Assembly: GCF_001194135.2 (NCBI RefSeq)
Contig: NC_068981.1
Span: forward strand, 129,537,227-129,601,226
DNA length: 64,000 bases
Direction of reading: 5' to 3'
Source of the DNA: Octopus bimaculoides
Taxonomy: Eukaryota
Shown: piece by piece, positions 14,901 through 29,200 of the stretch
Numbering within the stretch: the stretch's first letter is position 1
Layout of the letters: each line of letters begins with the position of its first letter
The notes under the pieces: model-generated
The model's input: only the letters and a program-made list of their open reading frames with translations
Told to the model about the DNA's origin: nothing
The model's database searches: none
Position numbers and translations under genes: made by a program

Positions 14901-17366
14901 CAATGTTTCAAGTGGCATGGGTGCTTCAAAAATGGAAGAACATACCTGGAAGACGATGAGTGATCTGGAAGACCTGCCATGATTATCACCCCTGGAAATG
15001 TGGTATTGTGCATTGAGAATTTATCCCCCAGGGCCATATCATCAATTGAGAATTCTACTACAACATATGAAACATTTGAGGGAGGACATTCAGCAAAAGC
15101 AATTGGATCTGTAGAGTGCAAAGAATTGGATTCTTCATAATGGTAATGTACCCTGTTGCCAAGCTCTCTTCACTCATGAGATCTTCGTTAAAAACAACAT
15201 GGTGTCACTTCCGCACCAACTTTTATTTGCCAGATTTAGCACCTGCAGACTTGACTTCCATCTCTTCCCCAAGATCAAAATGCAGCTCAAAGGTTGCTGC
15301 TTTAACACCATTGTCAAGATTCAGAGCAAATTGCAGAAGGTCCTCAACTTGCTTACAGAAAACAACTTCCAAAATGACAGGAATGCTGGGACAAGTGTGT
15401 TGCTGTGCAAGGTGACTATTTCGAAGGAGATGATGTTAAAACTTAGGCAAACAAGTTATTTTTTATTAAACATAACTAGTCCTGGAACTCTTTGATACCA
15501 CCTCGTGGTGTTAATTTCAGTATGCAATAAATTATGTGTATATGTGGGCATGAATATGTATGCTCAGCATTATACAATTCAATTATATATTCACAAATTA
15601 ATGCAAAGAAAGCTAGCAAATCAGATCACTAGAACGTCATGGTTACATCAATATAGTAATGAAATCAAGATTGTGTTATAGTTTTATCATTTTTACGAAT
15701 TTTTTACAGTATGCTTAGAAGGCTAAAGGAGCGAGAGAACAAAGTTGATGAAATGTATAAAGACAGTGACAAACAGTTTCATGTACAAAGGAGTTGAGAT
15801 GTTAAGTCTGGTCAGAGTTTGTTTTAAACGGAAAATAAATATATTGAATGAAAAAACAAAAACTCACTTTTTCTAATGTTTTTGCCAAATTGTTACATTT
15901 CAATGAGCTTTCTTCTAAATTTGTTTTCGTAGTATCAAAGAGCTTTTCAATATTTTCAGAATCTTTATTTTTCTGTTCGAGTGTATTTATCTAAAAAAGA
16001 AATGCGATGATATAATATTTACAATGAAAGAATAATTAAGTAAATGAATATGTATGTTGTCATGATCAATGGTAAAAGTGAGGCTTTGGTTATTAGACGT
16101 ACAATTATTATGCTTATTGGCTAGATCATCCCTGTGGTAGAGTTTATAGAGCAAAACCACTTGTAATATCTATCCTTGATGACTACAAAGGTGGAAGCAT
16201 GGCTGTGAAGTTAAGAAGCTGCACCCCAACCAAGTGGTTTTTGGTTCAGTCCCACTGCATGACACCTTGGGCAAATGTCTTCTACTATAGTTCTAGGATG
16301 ACCAAAGTTTGTGAATGGATTTGGTAGATGCAAACTGAAAGAAGCTTGGACCCACCAACTCTAGACTTCACCTGGAACAGTGTTACATTTTCACTTTACA
16401 TACTCAAACTCCTTTCAGACTCAACACAACCCCCTCCTCTCAGTAACTTTCCTCACACCTTTTTTTAAAGATCATTTCACTCTATCCTAATTTTTATCAT
16501 TTATTTCTTTATTTTATTATTGTTTTTAATTTTATGACTTTATTATTTTTTTAATTTCATTATTTTATAATTTTTACAATTTTTATTTATTTCTGTTACT
16601 GATTCATTCACACATTCTTTATTATTACTAATTTTTATATTCATTATTTATATGTAATTTTTATAGTTTACATTCCTATACCACACACCACATGCATACC
16701 CAAGCACACACACACGTACACATGCCCCCCCCCATATACACGTGCCCCCCACACACACACATACACATGCCCACACACATAATACCCACACCATTGGCTA
16801 CACCAACACACCCACACACACTCTGCCTCGCCCCTCTCATGCATGTACACATACACATGCACACACACACACACGAGCATCCACACACATGAATGCACAC
16901 ATACCTCCACACACACATGTGCATATATACACGCACGTACATACACTTCCACATACGCTCATGCACATAGACCCACACATCCCCATATACACACATATAC
17001 ACATTCCCACTCTGTTTATGCACACATGTCAACACATACACAACCACTCCCAGCCATTCACACACCCTTCAGACAACATGCCAACACACACACACATACA
17101 GCCACCCCACCCATTCACACACCCTTCNNNNNNNNNNNNNNNNNNNNNNNNNNNNNNNNNNNNNNNNNNNNNNNNNNNNNNNNNNNNNNNNNNNNNNNNN
17201 NNNNNNNNNNNNNNNNNNNNNNNNNNNNNNNNNCACCCACCCCACCTCTCTCCCTCCCACACATGTACATGCACACATATACACATGAATGCATATATAT
17301 ACCTTCACACACATATACACACATGTACATACACCTCCACACTCACTCACACACATCCCCACATGT

Positions 17367-17427
<61 letters not shown>

Positions 17428-20400
17428 GAGAGTAGGAAAGAGTGACACAGAGAGGCATAGACACACGCACCCATACACATGCACACACATACACATTCCC
17501 ACTCTATGTACACATGCTAACACACACCCACCCATTCATGCACCCTTCAAACTTTTGGGCTGTCCGGAAAGTTCGTGCCGATTTATAGTAGCTTACCTTT
17601 CAACTTATTTTCCATGAAACCACCTCAATTCTGGGAAGAGGGTATTTTCAAGTTAAAGGAAAGATGGAGACACATTGTGCAACAAAATGGTTCATATTTA
17701 GTTGATTAAAAATGTAATGGCAAGTATTTATTGACCTTTTTCTTTCCTTTAAAAATTGGCACGAACTCATTATTGACCCTTCCATCTATGCACACATGTA
17801 AACACATTGCCATTATAGCTGCTAGAGCGACATAAAAACACACAGGCACACAGAACCCTACACATGCACACAGACCCTACCACACACACACACATGGTTA
17901 ACACCACATGCACACATGCTACCATGCACACACATTATCATACACACACACACACACCGACCATCTTCACACTCTCCTGTCCCAGAAAGCACTTTCTCTT
18001 TGTTCTACTTCTGGTCACTTCAAAAATGCAACTGCACATGGACTATTGGTGATTTTTTCCTGCTTCTTTCTTCTTCCCTTTAGACTTGCCGGTTTCTGAA
18101 GGAGAGCTATGCTCGAAACATAAAACAACTACTCTTCTCCTTCTCTGAGTGCCAAATTAACACTTTGCTTGTGCTACGTCCTCACATTTGTTTTTTTTTC
18201 TTTATTTTTTCCGTCTTTTTTCTCTGTGCTATTTAATTAATTATATATGTATATATACACATGTATGTATATTTATGTATGTCTTTGTGCTTGTGTTTAT
18301 CCCCCACCAGTGCTTGACAAGCAGTGTTGGTTTATTTACATCCCTGTAACTTAGCAGTTTAGCAAAAGAGCCTGATAGAATAAATACCAGGCTTACAAAA
18401 CTGTAAGTACTGGTGTTGATTTATTTGACCAAATCTTTCAAAATGGTGCCCCAACATGGCACAGTCAGTCTGATGACTGAAGCAAGTAAAAAAGTAGATA
18501 GAATATCAGTGAAAGTCATAAATATGCTTTCCTTATGTGTTCCAGCCATGGCTATGCCATATTTTCCCAGACACAGTGTGTATAGAAATATATTATCTCA
18601 TGTGTCCTTTTGAGACAAACGAGTACATTTTGAGAGAGACTAAGTTTGCTGACTTTCCTAGCAGGTCGTCATGTCATTGGCTTATCTAAACTGGTTATTG
18701 AAGCAGATATGTGTGTGAGCTTCAAGAAAACAGAAATATTCTTTGTACATCTTTGACTGCAGTATCTAAGAAAATAACTACAGTTAACTGTTAATGTAAA
18801 TGTATTTTCTGTTCAGATTAGACCGTTAAATAAATAGAGCTTGAAAAATTTTTTATAATTACATTGACCAACATGTAAATCATGTAATTTTAATAAGTGA
18901 CAAAAGCTTTGCTTTGCTAAACATACATTGAAAGGATAAATTAGGATTTTAGCTGTTTATAGATTTCAATAAAAATACAAGAAATATGTTTCGCTTCCTT
19001 GAAATTTTTGCACATAAATGGATATAAAGATAACATATTTCACTCATATGCAAAGTTACCACTTACACTGGAATTCAGTTCTGCTGATAAGGTAGCAATT
19101 CTGGCTTCAGATTTTTCAAGCTTTTCTCTCAAGGAACTATTTTCTTTAATATTTGCTTCATTTGTCTACAATAAATTCAAGAAACAGTTTGCTAAATCAT
19201 TAATTAAATAAAGATTTCTTAATGATGTATTCAACTTATATACAAATAAAATATCTATTTCAATTTTGATTGATTTATTAACACTAAAGAGAAACACGAT
19301 GAGTATAGAACATTATTATTATCAACAAGGATAACATTTAAGAATTCTCAAGTTAATTTTCAGGGTTGTAGTTGTTAAATAAACTTTTATAAATTAAGGC
19401 CCTTGTAAGGCGTATAAAAGATAAGTTAAAGCTAAGGGAAAACTTGAGATGAAATAGTTTTCTTTTCAGACATTAGACTTGAAATTTAAGCCTCAGAAAT
19501 GAGATTGCGCAGGCTAGGGACAACAAAGGAATAATCTGCTTAGTGTTATAAATAATCTTTGTTGTTGTCAGCAAACTGCATCCAGTAGTGTCAGTTCACC
19601 TTGTCCATCTTCACCATCCCAACATTGACAGGACAACCAGTCAAAAGCTTGGGGAAAGTCTTTGACAACAGACTGAAGAACACTGTTTCCATTTGTAGAA
19701 CTAGGAAAATGTCTTGAGAACTGGCTTATCAGAGATGACAAATGCATTGCTCAGCCTCTTCAATGCTTGGGTACAACAGCATGCCATTCTGCTCAAGATT
19801 TTGCAGCCTCTGCCATTATATGTCAGCATGTCAACTCTGGAAATCCTGGAGAGGAAGATGAACAGATTTTCAAGGAGGTGGCTTGGCTTAGCAAGGAGCC
19901 TAAGCAGCATCGCTTTGTATGAGTCAACCAACATCTCATGACTCCCATTCAGCAAACTTCCAGAGGGGTAACACACCGTACTGAGATCCAGCATATAAGA
20001 TTTTCAGATTTCTAACCAAGGCTGTCTACAACAATCTACCAAGAGCATCAACAAAATGTCTCTTAAAACTGAATATATGTTAATATATATACCAGACAGT
20101 ATTACTGATCTATTTCAGTTAATTTTACCAATTGGTTTCACACACAAGTTAGGAGATAATTTAAGATGGTACTCATCAGAAAGGTTGGTGTAAAGAATAT
20201 GGCCATACTTTGCATGCCAGCCCTTCTGATGAGCATTGCCTTAGTTTTCCTTTAATTTGTGTGTGAAACCAATTGGCAAAAATCAGCTATAATGGATCTA
20301 TAATACTATATAAGATAAATGATATACTCACTCATCATCATCATTTAACGTCCGCTTTCCATGCTAGCATGGGTTGGACGATTTGACTGGGGACTGGCGA

Positions 20401-23400
20401 ACCAGATGGCTACACCAGATTCTAATCTGATCTGGCAGAGTTTCTACAGCTGGATGCCCTTCCTAATGCCAACCACTCCAAGAGTGTAGTGGGTGCTTTT
20501 TACGTGCCACAGGCACGAGTGCCAGTCCGGTGGTACTGGCAACGGCCATGCTCAAATGGTGTTTTTTACGTGCCACATGCACAGGAGTCAGTCCAATGTT
20601 TTGTTCACATGCCACCGGCACAAGTGCCAGGAAGGCGAAGCTGGAAATGATCGCGCTCAAATGGTGCTTTTTATGTGCCAACGGCACAGGAGTGAGACCG
20701 CTGCTCTGGCAGTGATCCTGCTCGGATGGTGCTGTTAGCGCTCCACTGGCACGGGTGCCAGTCACTCTATTGATAAATATATGAGTGCCTGTTTTTTCTG
20801 ACTAATAGATTCTTACATGAACTATATGTGTGTGCGTGTGTGTTTTATGNNNNNNNNNNNNNNNNNNNNNNNNNNNNNNNNNNNNNNNNNNNNNNNNNNN
20901 NNNNNNNNNNNNNNNNNNNNNNNNNNNNNNNNNNNNNNNNNNNNNNNNNNNNNNNNNNNNNNNNNNNNNNNNNNNNNNNNNNNNNNNNNNNNNNNNNNTA
21001 TATATATATATATATATATATACAAGTAAAATGAAGATTATGAAGAAAGGAGGAGAAAATAAATAAGATGTTAAGCAAATACTAGAAAAAGTGTAGAAAT
21101 ATGAAATGAAACAAGAAAAAAGGATCTAGATTCTCTGATGAATATAAAAACGTGGATGATGATGATAATGATTATTGCTTTTTAGCTCTAAGACAGCCCA
21201 GATTAAGCAAACATATGTTCAAAGACATTCCATCCATGATCACTCCAGTCTTCAACATACTGAAGAATATACTATCCTAAGTGTCCTTCTGTTGTTAAGA
21301 GATTTGAAGGAGCTTAGGTTCCAATTTGTAACAGGCTGAGCAACCATGTAGAGGCTCCTTCATTGATGATGATGAAGATGATGTTAGTAATGGAGATGAT
21401 GACAAAATTCTTTATAATAATAAAAATGAAAGAAAAAAAAAACCTTACTTTATTCATTTCTTTTGTTGTTTGCTTCAATTGCGAGGAAGTTTTCTTAAAA
21501 TGTTTTGTAATTTCTTCAACGTTCTGTTCCAGCTGACTTATTGTTTCTTCTTTCTGAGCCAGTAGTTTTTTCTAGAGAAGTCAGATAAATACTAAATGAA
21601 CAAAGCAGTCATCCAAATATTTAAAGATTCAATAATCATTTAGTCATTTGTAATTGTATAAAAATAAATACAGAACAAAAAAAAATAGCATTAGAAAATT
21701 AAAATTAACTGTTAATTGCTTGGACAAATTATTAAAAAAAACAAGAGACAGCCAATCCAATTAGCCAATATGTGTTTCATAGTAACAAATATTAATGGTT
21801 ACATGCGATGATTTGGCAAGTCCCATAACACTCTGAAACATAGACGTCTATCAAACATTTCATCTTTATGTAGTATACAGAGACCAAGCTAGCTTTGCAG
21901 AATCCATTCCTCTCTAAGCTAATCTACAGGAAGAATTTAATGTAAAACTCAGCAATATAAGCTTATGATGCACTTAGAAGTTTATAATACTCACTACTTA
22001 CACTGTTGTATTCATTTACAGCTAGGGAGTCTTGGTTATTTGAGAGTTAAGTGTTTTGGCCACAGATACAAAACAGTATTAGTGACAAGATATGTATGAA
22101 CAACTGACGTCTTGATTACTTATCTGGTATCCTACCAACTTGGTCTAGAAGATTGACAGAGATTATATAGTGTACAATAATTTAATAGAAGAGAGAGTCA
22201 GAGAGACTGTATGTGAGACTACTTTCATCTTCAGTCAATTCCTCAGGAGAAACCATTTTGTTTCTTTAAAGAAATATCAGAGGAAGACAGAAACTGAAGA
22301 TAGGTTTGATATACACTGAAGATAAATTCAATGTTCACAAAACATAGCTGCAATATTCAATAAAAAAAGTTCTAACAATCCATTATGACAACAGCAATGC
22401 CCAATAGTAGTTTCAAATTTTGGCACAAGGCCAGCAATTTTAGTGGAAATGGGTAAATCAATTACATTGGCCCCAGTGCACAACTGCTACTTATTTTATA
22501 AACCCTGAAAGGAGGAAAGGAAAAGTTGATCTTGGCAGCATTTGAGCACTGTTCAATAATGATAGCTGCAATGTTCAAATAAAGACAACTGCAATACTCA
22601 ATAAAAATGGCTACAGCTGTGATTATGGTGAAAGCTATGATTGTTACAAAAATACCAGACACAAGGAAATCAGCATATTTCACAGTGAGATTATATTATT
22701 GACAACATACATTTTCATCTAGTTCTCGTTCTATTCCTGAACACTTCAATATTAACTGATTGTTGAAGTTCGTCTGTTTCTTCAAGGCATCATCTAATTG
22801 ATCATTTTTGCTTGTTTTACCTTTGAGTTCTTCTTTTTGCTGTAATACAGATAAAAAAAAAAACATTTAATTTTGTGATTAACATTTAGTAAAATTCCTA
22901 ATATAACAAACTTTCATTTACTTGTATATTCCATTGTTCCATTTTCAGTGAGTAGAACCAGTTTTGAGCCCCTCATACTTAATGACAGCTGGAAAAGAAT
23001 TGAGACCATCGTCCAAGGGATCATAGTCTGGTTCAAAACTTTTGGAATAAACCTCATATGCTAAATTATATAGAGTAATGTCTTCCTATCACAGCTCTTC
23101 AAACACTGATATTTAAGATTGTTTTGAAAAGAAAACTCATGGATATTCTTGCTCTTTCATCATGTATCATCTACACATTTTATCAGCTGCAGTTATAATT
23201 GGTCTTAACCGTTGAAACTGTCTGGAAGACCATCATTTATATTTAAGCCAACATGCTGCACAAATCTTTCTACTTTTGAGCACCTTTACTTTGTGTATTT
23301 CCTTAAATCCTAATCTAAATATTACATGCAGAGTTTCATTCTAAAGACTACCCCCCCCCCCCACAAGTAATTGCAATTTCTTTCTCACATATACTACACT

Positions 23401-26131
23401 AGCTTTCAATTTATTAGAAGTACAACTGGTTTTGTCCACATTTAAAAACCAAATATTAGTTCATGGGCACAGAGTTCATATGGTTATTTTACATACATCA
23501 TTAACTTTTAATTCATATCAGATAAATTTCATTTGTTTTATTCAAATTTAGAAAACTGAAATTATTTAATGTAGATAAAGATAAAAAAATAACCAAAACA
23601 ATGATAACCTGTTCTATTTCTTGTTTAAGTCGATTAATTTCAGTGACCTTCTCCTCCACTAGATTGTGACTAGTCTGTAAATGATTTTCCAGATCAACTC
23701 GTTCTGTGGTCCTGGATGTTTCACTAGCTAGAAGAAGTTCACTCTAAATAAGTGGAAGAGAAAAAGAAACATTAAAGTAAGTTACACTATATTTTAGATT
23801 TTATAACAGCATTCCCTAAAACTATTTATACTATGATCAATTAAATGTGAGTGAATTTATCAACAAAAACTACAGAATTTGTTATTTTTATTTATTTATT
23901 AATTAGTTGAGATTAACATTAATTGGAAAATGGTAGACAAGAAGAGATAGGCTTCATAGCTGAACTAAAAATAAATGAAGCTACCAGGCTTAACTTCTGA
24001 TTTCATGTCACAACAAAGTCATCTTGCCTTACATCCTCCTGCAGTTGATAAAAATTTGTATAATTGACTATATCCACCTCTAAAATTTGTATCTTGTGTC
24101 AATGTCAGAAATCAATATAATTCTCATTGACAGTTCTGCACAAATATGAAACTTTTATAGATTTGCCAAGATCAACTCACTTCTTTTTTAGCCATACTAA
24201 CACTCTGGAAGTTATGAAAAAATACATGTCATTTTATTAAATCATGTCTTCTTAAAATATATATATCATATAAAATAAATAAAAAATATGAAGTGTCTGG
24301 TATGACATTGAGGAGTGGAGACATATCAGAAATTGTGAGAGGAGGTATTGAGTTGGTCAAGATGAAGGTGGCAACTAGTAGGAAGAAAAGTAATTGAATC
24401 TATAGAAAAAGCAGAGTAAAACAGTATCTTTATAAGCCAGTGATTGCAATGTGTTGTTGAGCAAATCTTTGTCAATGAGATAATTGGCCTTTTTTCTTAC
24501 TTTCTTTTTTTCTTTTAATATGTGGGCTAAGATATCTGTGTGAGTGGCTGCAGTACAGTCTCAGATACTTGAGCAGTACTCCAATATTCAGTGCATTTCA
24601 TGTTTGTAGATGAATTAATTTCTTATTCTGAAGAAGAAGCCTAGTGCAGCATTGCCAGTATAATAAATGTGAGGTTTCCCATGGTACTTTGGACAAAAGT
24701 CTTCTATTATAGCTTTGGGATGACTAATGCCTTATGAGTGAAATGAGTAGAAGGAGACTGAACAAAAGCCTGTTACATGTGTGTGTCTGTGTGTGTATTT
24801 ACTTTCCATGTGTTGTTGCATGCAGCAGTTTGATGTTACGTTTGCATCTTCTGTAAAAAGTAAGTCTTGTAGCTTATCAATTTTGACATGTGAAGACCAG
24901 TAGAGTAAAAATAGCTTACTTGAAAAAATATGGGTGAGTGCTGGTGAGACAGAAGGCAACCAGTTGTAGAATACTGCTATGATAAATCTTGGCCAACTCA
25001 TGATAGAAAGGAAAAAGCAAACATAATGATGGTGATGACGATACAAGGAAATTTGTTTTTTTCACTACTTTCATGGACTCCCGTGACTCTCTGTCACCAT
25101 CCAATTCCATTATTATGAATTTGAATTGGAAGCTTGAGTCATAGTGAATCTTTCATTAGCTGAGTACACAACAATGGACGCTACCCCTATGAATGTGCTG
25201 CAGTTACTCTCTTGACAGAGCCTGGCAATCCTGACTATTGATCTTCTAAGATTTTTCCACTCAGCATCAATATAAGGAGCACTGTTGGCTCAGTTGAGCT
25301 CTTCTGCTAGCTCTTCACAATCTTCCATGTTGCAATCCTGTAACACTGAACAAGTGCTATACTTTGCCAAATGGCAGCCCATAACTATGCAGGGTACAGT
25401 TGTCACTCTGTGAGGTATGTTCAAATTACCTGCATAGTGAAATACTCTGCTCAAATTACATTGAAGCAAATAGTGCATCTCATTAATATCTCAACCTGAA
25501 ACCAGCTCCTACACAATCTATGGTCTAATTATCAAGACAATTCCCAAGAAATGACAGTCAATGAAGGAATCTCTACATAGATACTTGACCTGTTCGTACC
25601 AGATTTAGTTTAAGCCAACTCTCCCTCAAACCATAATGTAATCCTACAGACCCAAATGAGACAGGGTAGTCATGTTATTAAACTCCACACTCAAATGTTA
25701 TTGGAACAGCTTTAATCATAGTTTTGCTTAGTTAAAACAACAACTGGAGTTAAATAGTAACAAAAATTTGACTAATTTCAGAAAATAAAATATTAAAAAA
25801 AAAAGACTTCTAACCTTAGTTTGTAGTTCACCTTGAAGTTGTTGCAGCTGAAGCTGGAGGTTGGCTACTTTTTCATTTTTCTCTTCAAGGTTTGATTCCA
25901 GCTTTTGAACATGGTCTTTTTTCCCATCAAGTTGACTTTTTACCTCTTGTAATTGTGTATGCAACGATTCACTTTCTTGTGTAGATTCTGTACATTTTCT
26001 ATCAAGTTCTTGTTCTAAATTGTTTACTTTTTCAGTCAGATTATTCTAGAAATACATGAAACCCACAATATATGATATTAAAATTTGCTTCTATATTTTT
26101 TACTTTCTTTCATCCAATTTCTCTCTCTCTC

Positions 26132-26214
<83 letters not shown>

Positions 26215-29200
26215 TTCTCCAGTTTTTTTACTTAAACTGTTTCTCAAAGTCTCCTTTTTATTCTTATTTTCTCACTTTATTTCTCTTTTTGCCCTCACTT
26301 TTTCACATATCTCTTGCAAAAATATTTACTTTCCATCCATTTTTATGTGTTTGTGTGCATTTATATGTGAAATTTGAAAAGAAAAGAAAATTTCCAGAAA
26401 AAGTACGTACATTTTCTTGTTTTAGTTGATTGATGGCAGTTTCAGCGCCCTCTCCAGCTTCAATCTGTAAAAATCACAAAAATACAAAATAGGAAAAATA
26501 CCACAATAAATTTCTATTATTAGATGAAGCTGTGAGTTGAAGCTGATTTAAGATGAATGAAGATAGCATCAGTCAATAACAGTGATGATAATGATGGTAA
26601 TAGAAAAGATGATGATGATAGTGTGAAAGGTTCACAGTCAAATTACTCTAGTAGCAGATGATGACAACTGTCTTGTATTTCTGAAGGATTCCAGATCTGT
26701 GTAAATTGCATCATTAATGGAAGAGAGCCTTGCTGCTGAGAACAAAGAAATATGGAGCTGAACCCTGGGCCAATTATACACTGTTGCAAACATGATATGT
26801 ATAGCACTCAAAGGAAACACACACATATTATATACACTTACAACCAAAAGCCATCTGATATCATGAGGCAATTGTGAGAGATAGAAGGAAAGTATGAGGT
26901 GCCAGTTAAGACTCCATGAACAGCAGCAACAACCAGTGCTGTAGAAGTGATGAAAGATTAAGATGATGATGATGATTATTGTTTTGTTCAGGGAAAGTAT
27001 CAACTAATTGCCCAATAATATATAGTTTCCTCTCTCAACATTCTGAGTTCAAAATCTCTTGAAGTCAACTCTGCCTTTCATGCTTCTATACTCATAAAAT
27101 AATCATCAGTTATACACAATCAGTTTAAGCAACTACTTTTCTCATCCTTTCAAATTTGTGGCCTTGAAGACATGGGTTGAAGTATTGAAGGCCGATCTCA
27201 AAATGCTGAACCTTACGAAGATGATAGAGGACTGAGATATGTCATGCATTGCTGTATTTGAGAAGACCTGCTCACCATAACAGAATGGAGATCCTAAAAC
27301 CAAGGTGCCACATAAAAAGCATTGGTGTGGGTGCTTGTGTCACATAACGACTGGTGCTAGTGCCATGTAAAAAAGCATTGGTAATGGTGGCATGTGAAAA
27401 CCATGGGTGTTAATGCCATGTGAAAACCATGGGTGTTAATGCCATGTAAAAAGCACCGTAGTATACTCTGTAAAGTGGTTGGCATTAGGAAAGGCATTCA
27501 GCTGTAGAAACCAAGCCAAAACAGGCTATGAAACCTGTCAAGCCATCCAACCCATGCCAGCATAGAAAATGAATGTTAAATGTTGATGATGATGATGATA
27601 TACTGAAGTGATAAAATTACTGATTGCAATAGCAAATCAATGTTGATAATGACGATGATGGTAATGATGATAATATTTCAAAAGGAATCAAATCAAACCT
27701 TGTTAATTAAATCAGTTCGTTCTACTTCAAGCCGTTGAATATCTTTACGCAAATTTTCTGTTTGTTCTTCCATTTCTTTTAATTTTTCTTCACTGTATAA
27801 AAACAAAAGCAAATTATTTATTCATGTTTCTAAAGATTTCAGTCAACAGAACTGGTTATAATCTCTGTAATTACATACTACTTAACATCATACAGAAATT
27901 TTATGAAACTCCAAAAGTAAACCTCATTAAACTCCACACTCGGATATCACTAAACTCCACACTCGGATGTCACCAAACTCCATATTCAAATGTCACCAAA
28001 CCCCACACCCAAATGTCACCAAACTCCACACTCAAATATTACCAAACTCCACACCCAAACATTACTAAAACTCCACACTCAAATGTCACTACCCCACCAC
28101 ACACTCAAATGTTACTAAACTCCAAACTGGGATATTACTATCTCAATAATTGAATGTTACTAAACCCCACATTCAAATGTTACTAAACTTCACACTCAAA
28201 TGTTACTAGTTCTATGTGTGCAAATGCTATGAAACTTCATATTCAAAAAATCTCAATGTGTTACTGGGAACATGTAGTAAATATAAAACCACTTACTTCA
28301 GGGCAAACTTGCGTAAACTTTCTTGAAGTTGGGTTGATTTTTCACGTACCTCTGCCTTCAGCTCATCACTGAATTTCTCCTATTGAGTAAGAATTATTAG
28401 ATTTTTACAAATGTCCTCAACATTTACAAACAACAATCTTAATAAGCCAATAGCAGAGCCTCAACATGGTCACTTGACCTGCTTAAGTAACACCTAATCT
28501 TCTCAAATCACACCCTACTGTCTGAAAAAGAATACATTGGATGATAGGAAGGCCACAGTCAGAATACTTTTAATCATGGGTTATCTCAATCCAATCAGGC
28601 ACAGGGCCAAACAACAATAAAATCAATCTTAATTTCAATCATATAATTGTTGTGGTTGTTTTTGTTAATGTAATTGCTGACCTGGTCAAAGATGTTTGAG
28701 GCATCTATGGCATTAATCTGTAAGAGGTGTGTCAATGAGGAACCACCATACAGTCTTTTCCTTTAAGAAAGTGCTATCAAATCTTCCACAAATAATATTA
28801 AAGCTTAAAAATAGAAAGAAAAACATTTTATAAAGTAGTCCTAGATACATTACACCTGAAAATAATACCAGGACAGTCATAGGTGGAATGTCTAATCATA
28901 GGTCTGCTGGATCAGAGATGACCTGGGGGTAAATGATAAGGAAGAAGAGAACTTAAACTGGAGAAAAACACATTTCGTGTGTCACAAGATCTGAATATAT
29001 TGGCCAAACATCATTCGATAAAGACCTAACAAAAATTATGAGGATTCTATATTTGAAATTTTAACATTTGCAACAACAGTAAGTAAAAGAGTCTCAGTAG
29101 AATGTCAGTTAAATCCATGATTTCAACCAGGGGAGATATGAAAGATATACTTTTACTTGTCTTAGCCAGAGGCTGTGGCCATACTGGAGCATAAATCTTA

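Noticed and set aside
15711-15797. Plus-strand ttttacag-ATG ORF MLRRLKERENK..., echoing the human EEA1 start MLRRIL
   Set aside because: Wrong strand and position for EEA1; 28 codons; coincidence.
16668-17617. Cluster of long ORFs up to 291 aa
   Set aside because: Translations of CA/TA microsatellite and an N gap.
20463-20765. Overlapping Cys/His-rich ORFs here and at 38882-39502, 41542-41961, 43625-44053, 47512-47835
   Set aside because: Translations of the RTE 3'-UTR repeat with its internal tandem motif, not genes.
22930-23340. Coding-like composition on the minus strand in intron e19-e20
   Set aside because: Multiple stops in all frames and no recognisable family motif; possibly an old TE relic.
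24803-24850. 48-nt exon-like segment with good splice sites
   Set aside because: In-frame TAA in the required phase 0; no further support.
27928-28210. Regular 23-nt array as a CRISPR
   Set aside because: No unique spacers, degenerate head-to-tail units, eukaryotic intron, no cas genes.
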